A stretch of 64,000 nt of DNA from the human T2T-CHM13v2.0 reference genome, Homo sapiens. Below, in pieces: positions 1 to 11,800 of the stretch (positions within the stretch are counted from its first letter, which is position 1; every line of letters starts with the position of its first letter). Location of the stretch: assembly GCF_009914755.1 (NCBI RefSeq), contig NC_060946.1. One strand, given 5' to 3'. A program made the translations under genes and the position numbers. The notes below the pieces were generated by a model that was not told where the DNA came from, ran no database searches, and worked only from the letters and a program-made list of their open reading frames with translations.

Positions 1-280
1 GAGATCTCGCCACTGATTACCCAAGTGATGTAACCGTTGTCTAGGCTTTGCGTACAGGGGGCTTTGTGACTTACCTTTGCACTGATCACCCAGGTGATGT
101 AACACATCGAAGTTCGGCCTAAAGGAGCTTTGTGACATATCTCTGCACTGATCGCTTAGGTGATGTAACACTTTTATAATCACTGCCTACAGGGAATTTT
201 GACAAATCTCTGCACTGATCACCCAGGTGATGTAACTCTTGTCTACCCTCTGTCCAACGGGGCATTGTGAAATATCTCTG

Positions 281-2186
281 CACTGATCACCCAGGTGATT
301 CAACTCTTGACTAGGAACTGCCTACAGAGGTTATTGTGAAATATCTCTGCACTGATAAACTAGGTGGTGTAACCCTTGTCCAAGCTCTGCCTACAGGGGC
401 GTTTCCACATATCCCTGAACTGATGACAGTGGTGATGTAACTCTTGCCTAGGCTTTGCCTACAGGGAACATTGGACATATATCTGCACTGATCACCCAGG
501 TGATGCAACTCTTGCCTAGGCTTTGCCTACAGGGGACATTGTGACATATCTCTTCAATGATCACTCATGTGATGCATCTCTTGCCTAGGCTTTGCCTACA
601 GGGGACATTGTGACATATCTCTGCACTGATCTCCCAGGTGCTGTAACTTTAGTCTAGGCTCTGGCTGCACGGCATTGTGACATATCACTGCACTGATCAA
701 CCAGGTGATATAACTCTTGTATAGGCTCTGCCTACAGGGGGATTGTGACCTACCTCTGCACTGATCACGCAGGTGATATAACTCTTCTCTAGGATCTTCC
801 TACAGGGTACTTTGTGACATATCCCTGCACTGATCACCCAGGTGATCTATCTCTGATCTAAGCTCTGCCTAAAGGGGCATTGTGACAGATCTCTGCACTG
901 ATCACTCGGGTGATGTAAGTATTGTCTAGGCTCTGCTTCAAGGGGCCTTGTCACATATCTCTGCACTGATCACCCAGGTGATGTAACTCTTGTCTAGGCT
1001 CTGCTTCCAGGGCATATTGTGACATATCTATGCACTGATCACCTTAGTGATGTAACACTTTGGTAGGCTCGGCCTACAGGGGAATCTTGACATATCTCTG
1101 CACTGTTAACCGAGGTTATTTAACACTTGTCTAGGCTGTGCCCACAGGGGGATTGAGACATATCTCTGCACTGATCCCGAGGTGATACAACTCTTGCCTG
1201 GTCTCTGCCTACAGTGGACATTGTTACACATCTCTGCACTGATCTCCCAGGTGCTGCAACTTTAGTCTAGGCTCTGGCTACACGGCATTGTGACATATCA
1301 CTGCACTGATCACCCAGGCGATATAACTCTTCTCTAGGATCTGACCACAGGGTGCTTTGTGATATATCCCTGCAATGATCACCCAGGTGATATACCACTT
1401 GCCAAGGCTCTGCCTACAGGGGCATTGCAATGTATCTCTGCACTGATCACCTAGGTCTTGTAGCTATTTTCTAGGATCTGCCTACAGGGTGCTTTGTGAC
1501 GTGTCCCAGCAAGGATTACCCAGGTGATGTACCTCTCATTAAGGCTCTGCCTACAGGCACATTGTGATGTGTCTCTGCACTGATCACCTAGGTCATGTAA
1601 ATTTTGTCTAGGCTCTACCTACGATGGCATTGTGACATATCTCTGCACTAATCATCCAAGTGATGTAACTCTTGTCTAGGATGTGCCTAAATTAACTTTT
1701 TGACATAACCCTGTACTGATCATCCAGGTGACGGAGCTTTTGTCTAGGCTCTGCCTAAGGGGGCATTGTGAGATATTTCTGCATTGATCCCCCAGGTGGC
1801 GAACTCTTCTCTCGGATCTGCCTATGGGGGCATTGTGAGAAATCTCTGCACTGATAACCCAGGTGATGTAACTGTTGTGTAACCTCTGCCTACAGGGGAA
1901 TTGTGAGAGATCTCGCCACTGATTACCCAAGTGATGTAACCGTTGTCTAGGCTTTGCGTACAGGGGGCTTTGTGACATACCTTTGCACTGATCACCCAGG
2001 TGATGTAACACATCGAAGTTCGGCCTAAAGGAGCTTTGTGACATATCTCTGCACTGATCGCTTAGGTGATGTAACACTTTTATAATCACTGCCTACAGGG
2101 AATTTTGACAAATCTCTGCACTGATCACCTAGGTGATGTAACTCTTGTCTACCCTCTGTCCAACGGGGCATTTTGAAATATCTCTG
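281..2186 (-). repeat. Canonical 28-monomer HOR unit (1906 bp), reference copy m1-m28
   Basis: 28 distinguishable monomers start at 281, 350, 418, 486, 555, 624, 691, 759, 828, 896, 964, 1033, 1101, 1169, 1237, 1304, 1373, 1441, 1510, 1578, 1646, 1714, 1782, 1849, 1917, 1986, 2052 and 2119. The marker ctaggaactgcc recurs at 311 and 2217. Confidence 0.95.
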
Positions 2187-5100
2187 CACTGATCACCCAG
2201 GTGATTCAACTCTTGACTAGGAACTGCCTACAGAGGTTATTGTGAAATATCTCTGCACTGATAAACTAGGTGGTGTAACCCTTGTCCAAGCTCTGCCTAC
2301 AGGGTCGTTTCCACATATCCCTGAACTGATGACAAAGGTGATGTAACCCTTGCCTAGGCTTTGCCTACAGGGAACATTGGATATATATCTGCACTGATCA
2401 CCCAGGTGATGCAACTCTTGCCTAGGCTTTGCCTACAGGGAACATTGTGACATATCTCTTCAATGATCACTCATGTGATGCATCTCTTGCCTAGGCTTTG
2501 CCTACAAGGGACATTGTGACATATCTCTGCACTGATCTCCCAGGTGTTGTAACTTTAGTCTAGGCTTTGGCCACACGGCATTGTGACCTACCTCTGCACT
2601 GATCACCCAGGTGATATAACTCTTCTCTAGGATCTGCCTACAGGGTACTTTGTGACATATCCCTGCACTGATCACCCAGGTGATCTAACTCTGGTCTAAG
2701 CTCTGCCTAAAGGGGCATTGTGACAGATTTCTGCACTGATCACTCTGGTGATGTAAGTATTGTCTAGGCTCTGCTTCAAGGGGCCTTGTCACATATCTCT
2801 GCACTGATCACCCAGGTGATGTAACTCTTGTCTAGGCTCTGCTTCCAGGGCATATTGTGACATATCTATGCACTGATCACCTTAGTGATGTAACACTTTG
2901 GTAGGCTCGGCCTACAGGGGAATCTTGACATATCTCTGCACTGTTAACCGAGGTGATTTAACTCTTGTCAAGGCTGTGCCCACAGGGGGATTGAGACATA
3001 TCTCTGCACTGATCCCGAGGTGATACAATTCTTGCCTGGTCTCTGCCTACTGTGGACATTGTGACATATCTCTGCACTGATCTCCCAGGTGCTGTAACTT
3101 TAGTCTAGGCTCCGGCTACACGGCATTGTGACATATCACTGCACTGATCACCCAGGCGATATAACTCTTCTCTAGGATCTGACCACAGGGTGCTTTGTGA
3201 CATATCCCTGCAATGATCACCCAGGTGATATACCAGTTGCCAAGGCTCTGCCTACAGGGGCATTGCAATGTATCTCTGCACTGATCACCTAGTTCTTGTA
3301 GCTATTTTCTAGGATCTGCCTACAGGGTGCTTTGTGACGTGTCCCAGCAAGGATTACCCAGGTGATGTACCTCTCATCAAGGCTCTGCCTACAGGCACAT
3401 TGTGATGTATCTCTGCACTGATCACCTAGGTCATGTAACTTTTTTCTAGGCTCTACCTACGATGGCATTGTGACATATCTCTGCACTAATCATCCAAGTG
3501 ATGTAACTCTTGTCTTGGATGTGCCTAAATTAACTTTTTGACATAACCCTGTACTGATCATCCAGGTGATGGAGCTTTTGTCTAGGCTCTGCCTAAGGGG
3601 GCATTGTGACATATTTCTGCATTGATCACCCAGGTGGCGAACTCTTCTCTCGGATCTGCCTATTGGGGCATTGTGAGAAATGTCTGCACTGATCACCCAG
3701 GTGATGTAACTGTTGTGTAACCTCTGCCTACAGGGGAATTGTGAGAGATCTCGTCACTCATTACCCAAGGGATGTAACCATTGTCTAGGCTTTGCGTACA
3801 GGGGGCTTTGTGACATACCTTTACACTGATCACCCAGGTGATGTAACACATCTAACTTCGGCCTGAAGGAGCTTTGTGACATATCTCTGCACTGATCACT
3901 TAGGTGATGTAACACTTTTATAATCACTGCCTACAGGGAATTTTGACAAATCTCTGCACTGATCACCTAGGTGATGTAACTCTTGTCTACCCTCTGTCCA
4001 ACGGGGCATTGTGAAATATCTCTGCACTGATCACCCAGGTGATTCAACTCTTGACTAGGAACTGCCTACAGAGGTTATTGTGAAATATCTCTGCACTGAT
4101 AAACTAGGTGGTGTAACCCTTGTCCAAGCTCTGCCTACAGGGTCGTTTCCACATATCCCTGAACTGATGACAAAGGTGATGTAACACTTGCCTAGGCTTT
4201 GCCTACAGGGAACATTGGATATATATCTGCACTGATCACCCAGGTGATGCAACTCTTGCCTAGGCTTTGCCTACAGGGAACATTGTGACATATCTCTTCA
4301 ATGATCACTCATGTGATGCATCTCTTGCCTAGGCTTTGCCTACAAGGGACAATGTGACATATCTCTGCACTGATCTCCCAGGTGTTGTAACTTTAGTCTA
4401 GGCTTTGGCCACACGGCATTGTGACCTACCTCTGCACTGATCACCCAGGTGATATAACTCTTCTCTAGGATCTGCCTACAGGGTACTTTGTGACATATCC
4501 CTGCACTGATCACCCAGGTGATCTAACTCTGGTCTAAGCTCTGCCTAAAGGGGCATTGTGACAGATTTCTGCACTGATCACTCTGGTGATGTAAGTATTG
4601 TCTAGGCTCTGCTTCAAGGGGCCTTGTCACATATCTCTGCACTGATCACCCAGGTGATGTAACTCTTGTCTAGGCTCTGCTTCCAGGGCATATTGTGACA
4701 TATCTATGCACTGATCACCTTAGTGATGTAACACTTTGGTAGGCTCGGCCTACAGGGGAATCTTGACATATCTCTGCACTGTTAACCGAGGTGATTTAAC
4801 TCTTGTCAAGGCTGTGCCCACAGGGGGATTGAGACATATCTCTGCACTGATCCCGAGGTGATACAATTCTTGCCTGGTCTCTGCCTACTGTGGACATTGT
4901 GACATATCTCTGCACTGATCTCCCAGGTGCTGTAACTTTTGTCTAGGCTCCGGCTACACGGCATTGTGACATATCACTGCACTGATCACCCAGGCGATAT
5001 AACTGTTCTCTAGGATCTGACCACAGGGTGCTTTGTGACATATCCCTGCAATGATCACCCAGGTGATATACCACTTGCCAAGGCTCTGCCTACAGGGGCA

Positions 5101-5862
5101 TTGCAATGTATCTCTGCACTGATCAGCTAGTTCTTGTAGCTATTTTCTAGGATCTGCCTACAGGGTGCTTTGTGACGTGTCCCAGCAAGGATTACCCAGG
5201 TGATGTACCTCTCATCAAGGCTCTGCCTACAGGCACATTGTGATGTACTTCTGCACTGATCACCTAGGTCATGTAACTTTTTTCTAGACTCTACCTTCGA
5301 TGGCATTGTGACATATCTCTGCACTAATCATCCAAGTGATGTAACTCTTGTCTAGGATGTGCCTAAATTAACTTTTTGACATAACCCTGTACTGATCATC
5401 CAGGTGATGGAGCTTTTGTCTAGGCTCTGCCTAAGGGGGCATTGTGACATATTTCTGCATTGATCACCCAGGTGGCGAACTCTTCTCTCGGATCTGCCTA
5501 TGGGGTCATTGTGAGAAATCTCTGCACTGATCACCCAGGTGATGTAACAGTTGTGTAACCTCTGCCTACAGGGGAATTGTGAGAGATCTCGTCACTCATT
5601 ACCCAAGTGATGTAACCATTGTCTAGGCTTTGCGTACAGGGGGCTTTGTGACATACCTTTGCACTGATAACCCAGGTGATGTAACACATCTAATTTGGGC
5701 CTAAAGGAGCTTTGTGACATATCTCTGCACTGATCACTTAGGTGATGTAACACTTTTATAATCACTGCCTACAGGGAATTTTGACAAATCTCTGCACTGG
5801 TCACCTAGGTGATGTAACTCTTGTCTACCCTCTGTCCAACGGGGCATTGTGAAATATCTCTG
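2187..5862 (-). repeat. Two 27-mer HOR variants (1838 bp each; m6/m7 fusion)
   Basis: Marker spacing 2217-4055-5893 is 1838 each. The m6 body runs into the m7 tail (cacggcattgtgacctacctctg) in monomers starting at 2530 and 4368. Confidence 0.93.
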
Positions 5863-8800
5863 CACTGATCACCCAGGTGATTCAACTCTTGACTAGGAAC
5901 TGCCTACAGAGGTTATTGTGAAATATCTCTGCACTGATAAACTAGGTGGTGTAACCCTTGTCCAAGCTCTGCCTACAGGGGCGTTTCCACATATCCCTGA
6001 ACTGATGACAAAGGTGATGTAACTCTTGCCTAGGCTTTGCCTACAGGGAACATTGGACATATATCTGCACTGATCACCCTGGTGATGCAACTCTTGCCTA
6101 GGCTTTGCCTACAGGGGACATTGTGACATATCTCTTCAATGATCACTCATGTGATGCATCTCTTGCCTAGGCTTTGCCTACAGGGGACATCGTGACATAT
6201 CTCTGCACTGATCTCCCAGGTGCTGTAAGTTTAGTCTAGGCTCTGGCTACACGGCATTGTGACATATCACTGCACTGATCAACCAGGTGATAAAACTCTT
6301 GTATAGGCTCTGCCTACAGGGGGATTGTGACCTACCTCTGCACTGATCACCCAGGTGATATAACTCTTCTCTAGGATCTTCCTACAGGGTACTTTGTGAC
6401 ATATCCCTGCACTGATCACCCAGGTGATCTATCTCTGGTCTAAGCTCTGCCTAAAGGGGCATTGTGACAAATCTCTGCACTGATCACTCAGGTGATGTAA
6501 GTATTGTCTAGGCTCTGCTTCAAGGGGCCTTGTCACATATCTCTGCACTGATCACCCAGGTGATGTAACTCTTGTCTAGGCTCTGCTTCCAGGGCATATT
6601 GTGACATATATATGCACTGATCACCTTAGTGATGTAACACTTTGGTAGGCTCGGCCTACAGGGGAATCTTGACATATCTCTGCACTGTGACCCGAGGTGA
6701 TTTAACTGTTGTCTAGGCTGTGCCCACAGGGGGATTGAGACATATCTCTGCACTGATCCGGAGGTGATACAACTCTTGCCTGGTCTCTGCCTACTGTGGA
6801 CATTGTGACATATCTCTGCACTGATCTCCCAGGTGCTGTAACTTTAGTCTAGGCTCTGGCTACACGGCATTGTGACATATCACTGCACTGATCACCCAGG
6901 CGATATAACTGTTCTCTAGGATCTGACCACAGGGTGCTTTGTGACATATCCCTGCAATGATCACCCAGGTGATATACCACTTGCCAAGGCTCTGCCTACA
7001 GGGGCATTGCAATGTATCTCTGCACTGATCACCTAGGTCTTGTAGCTATTTTCTAGGATCTGCCTACAGGGTGCTTTGTGACGTGTCCCAGCAAGGATTA
7101 CCCAGGTGATGTACCTCTCATCAAGGCTCTGCCTACAGGGACATTGTGATGTATCTCTGCACTGATCACCTAGGTCATGTAAATTTTGTCTAGGCTCTAC
7201 CTACGATGGCATTGTGACATATCTCTGCACTAATCATCCAAGTGATGTAACTCTTGTCTAGGATGTGCCTAAATTAACTTTTTGATATAACCCTGTACTG
7301 ATCATCCAGGTGATGGAGCTTTTGTCTAGGCTCTGCCTAAGGGGGCATTGTGACATGTTTCTGCATTGATCCCCCAGGTGGCGAACTCGTCTCTCGGATC
7401 TGCCTATGGGGGCATTGTGAGAAATCTCTGCACTGATCACCCAGGTGATGTAACTGTTGTGTAACCTCTGCCTACAGGGGAATTGTGAGAGATCTCGCCA
7501 CTGATTACCCAAGTGATGTAACCGTTGTCTAGGCTTTGCGTACAGGGGGCTTTGTGACATACCTTTGCACTGATCACCCAGGTGATGTAACACATCTAAG
7601 TTCGGCCTAAAGGAGCTTTGTGACATATCTCTGCACTGATCGCTTAGGTGATGTAACACTATTATAATCACTGCCTACAGGGAATTTTGACAAATCTCTG
7701 CACTGATCACCTAGGTGATGTAACTCTTGTCTACCCTCTGTCCAACGGGGCATTGTGAAATATCTCTGCACTGATCACCCAGCAGATTCAACTCTTGACT
7801 AGGAACTGCCTACAGAGGTTATTGTGAAATATCTCTGCACTGATAAATTAGGTGGTGTAACCCTTGTCCAAGCTCTGCCTTCACGGGCGTTTCCACAAAT
7901 CCCTGAACTGATGACAGAGGTGATGTTACTCTTGCCTAGGCTTTGCCTACAGGGAACATTGGACATATATCTGCACTGATCACCCAGGTGATGCAACTCT
8001 TGCCTAGGCTTTGCCTACAGGGGACATTGTGACATATCTCTTCAATGATCACTCATGTGATGCATCTCTTGCCTAGGCTTTGCCTACAGGGGACATTGTG
8101 ACATATCTCTGCACTGATCTCCCAGGTGCTGTAACTTTAGTCTAGGCTCTGGCTACACGGCATTTTGACATATCACTGCACTGATCAACCAGGTGATAAA
8201 ACTCTTGTATAGGCTCTGCCTACAGGGGGATTGTGACCTACCTCTGCACTGATCACCCAGGTGATATAACTCTTCTCTAGGATCTTCCTACAGGGTACTT
8301 TGAGACATATCCCTGCACTGATCACCCAGGTGATCTATCTCTGGTCTACGCTCTGCCTAAAGGGGCATTGTGACAGATCTCTGCACTGATCACTCAGGTG
8401 ATGTAAGTATTGTCTAGGCTCTGCTTCAAGTGGCCTTGTCACATATCTCTGCACTGATCACACAGGTGATGTAACTCTTGTCTAGGCTCTGCTTCCAGGG
8501 CATATTGTGACATATCTATGCACTGATCACCTTAGTGATGTAACACTTTGGTAGGCTCGGCCTACAGGGGAATCTTGACATATCTCTGCACTGTTAACCG
8601 AGGTGATTTAACTCTTGTCTAGGCTGTGCCCACAGGGGGATTGAGACATATCTCTGCACTGATCCCGAGGTGATACAATTCTTGCCTGGTCTCTGCCTAC
8701 TGTGGACCTTGTGACATATCTCTTCACTGATCTCCCAGGTGCTGTAACTTTAGTCTAGGCTCTGGCTACACGGCATTGTGACATATCACTGCACTGATCA

Positions 8801-11800
8801 CCCAGGCGATATAACTCTTCTCTAGGATCTGACCACAGGGTGCTTTGTGACATATCCCTGCAATGATCACCCAGGTGATATACCACTTGCCAAGGCTCTG
8901 CCTACAGGGGCATTGCAATGTACCTCTGCACTGATCACCTAGGTCTTGTAGCTATTTTCTAGGATCTGCCTACAGGGTGCTTTGTGACGTGTCCCAGCAA
9001 GGATTACCCAGGTGATGTACCTCTCATCAAGGCTCTGCCTACAGGCACATTGTGATGTATCTCTGCACTGATCACCTAGGTCATGTAAATTTTGTCTACG
9101 CTCTACCTACGATGGCATTGTGACATATCTCTGCACTAATCATCAAAGTGATGTAAGTCTTGTCTAGGATGTGCCTAAATTAACTTTTTGACATAACCCT
9201 GTACTGATCATCCAGGTGATGGAGCTTTTGTCTAGGCTCTGCCTAAGGGGGCATTGTGACATATTTCTGCATTGATCCCCCAGGTGGCGAACTCTTCTCT
9301 CGGATCTGCCTATGGGGGCATTGTGAGAAATCTCTGCACTGATCACCCAGGTGATGTAACTGTTGTGTAACCTCTGCCTACAGGGGAATTATGAGAGATC
9401 TCGCCACTGATTACCCAAGTGATGTAACCGTTGTCTAGGCTTTGCGTACAGGGGGCTTTGTGACATACCTTTGCACTGATCACCCAGGTGATGTAACACA
9501 TCGAAGTTCGGCCTAAAGGAGCTTTGTGACATATCTCTGCACTGATCGCTTAGGTGATGTAACACTTTTATAATCACTGCCTACAGGGAATTTTGACAAA
9601 TCTCTGCACTGATCACCTAGGTGATGTAACTCTTGTCTACCCTCTGTCCAACGGGGCATTGTGAAATATCTCTGCACTGATCACCCAGGTGATTCAACTC
9701 TTGACTAGGAACTGCCTACAGAGGTTATTGTGAAATATCTCTGCACTGGTAAACTAGGTGCTGTAACCCTTGTCCAAGCTCTGCCTACAGGGGCGTTTCC
9801 ACATATCCCTGAACTGATGACAGAGGTGATGTAACTCTTGCCTAGGCTTTGCCTACAGGGAACATTGGACATATATCTGCACTGATCACCCAGGTGATGC
9901 AACTCTTGCCTAGGCTTTGCCTACAGAGGACATTGTGACATTTCTCTTCAATGATCACTCATGTGATGCATCTCTTGCCTAGGCTTTGCCTACAGGGGAC
10001 ATTGTGACATATCTCTGCACTGATCTCCCAGGTGCTGTAACTTTAGTCTAGGCTCTGGCTACACGTCATTGTGACATATCACTGCACTGATCAACCAGGT
10101 GATAAAACTCTTGTATAGGCTCTGCCTACAGGGGGATTGTGACCTACCTCTGCACTGATCACCCAGGTGATATAACTCTTCTCTAGGATCTTCCTACAGG
10201 GTACTTTGTGACATATCCCTGCACTGATCACCCAGGTGATCTATCTCTGGTCTAACCTCTGCCTAAAGGGGCATTGTGACAGATCTCTGCACTGATCACT
10301 CAGGTGATGTAAGTATTGTCTAGGCTCTGCTTCAAGGGGCCTTGTCACATATCTCTGCACTGATCACCCAGGTGATGTAACTCTTGTCTAGGCTCTGCTT
10401 CCAGGGCATATTGTGACATATCTATGCACTGATCACCTTAGTGATGTAACACTTTGGTAGGCTCGGCCTACAGGGGAATCTTGACATATCTCTGCACTGT
10501 TAACCGAGGTGATTTAACTCTTGTCTAGGCTGTGCCCACAGGGGGATTGAGACATATCTCTGCACTGATCCCGAGGTGATACAACTCTTGCCGGGTCTCT
10601 GCCTACTGTGGACATTGTGACATATCTCTGCACTGATCTCCGAGGTGCTGTAACTTTATTCTAGGCTCTGGCTACACGGCATTGTGACATATCACTGCAC
10701 TGATCACCCAGGCGATATAACTCTTCTCTAGGATCTGACCACAGGGTGCTTTGTGACATATTCCTGCAATGATCACCCAGGTGATATACCACATGCCAAG
10801 GCTTTGCCTACAGAGGCATTGCAATGTATCTCTGCACTGATCACCTAGGTCTTGTAGCTATTTTGTAGGATCTGCCTACAGGGTGCTTTGTGACGTGTCC
10901 CAGCAAGGATTACCCAGGTGATGTACCTCTCATCAAGGCTCTGCCTACAGGCACATTGTGATGTAAGTCTGCACTGATCACCTAGGTCATGTAAATTTTG
11001 TCTAGGCTCTACCTACGATGGCATTGTGACATATCTCTGCACTAATCATCCAAGTGATGTAACTCTTGTCTAGGATGTGCCTAAATTAACTTTTTGACAT
11101 AACCATGTACTGATCATCCAGGTGATGGAGCTTTTGTCTAGGCTCTGCCTAAGGGGGCATTGTGACATATTTCTGCATTGATCCCCCAGGTGGCGAACTC
11201 TTCTCTCGGATCTGCCTATGGGGGCATTGTGAGAAATCTCTGCACTGATCACCCAGGTGATGTAACTGTTGTGTAACCTCTGCCTACAGGGGAATTGTGA
11301 GAGATCTCGCCACAGATTACTCAAGTGATGTAACCGTTGTCTAGGCTTTGCGTACAGGGGGCTTTTTGACATACCTTTGCACTGATCACCCAGGTGATGT
11401 AACACATCTAAGTTCGGCCTAAAGGAGCTTTGTGAAATATCTCTGCACTGATCGCTTAGGTGATGTAACACTTTTATAATCACTGCCTACAGGGAATTTT
11501 GACAAATCTCTGCACTGATCACCTAGGTGATGTAACTCTTGTCTACCCTCTGTCCAACGGGGCATTGTGAAATATCTCTGCACTGATCACCCAGGTGATT
11601 CAACTCTTGACTAGGAACTGCCTACAGAGGTTATTGTGAAATATCTCTGCACTGATAATCTAGGTGGTGTAACCCTTGTCCAAGCTCTGCCTACAGGGGC
11701 GTTTCCACATATCCCTGAACTGATGACAGAGGTGATGTAACTCTTGCCTAGGCTTTGCCTACAGGGAACATTGGACATATATCTGCACTGATCACCCAGG

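Noticed and set aside
2126-2135. CACCTAGGTG resembles the centre of the Brachyury/T-box palindrome
   Set aside because: The outer bases of the TCACACCT half-sites are not matched, so the similarity is too partial to call.
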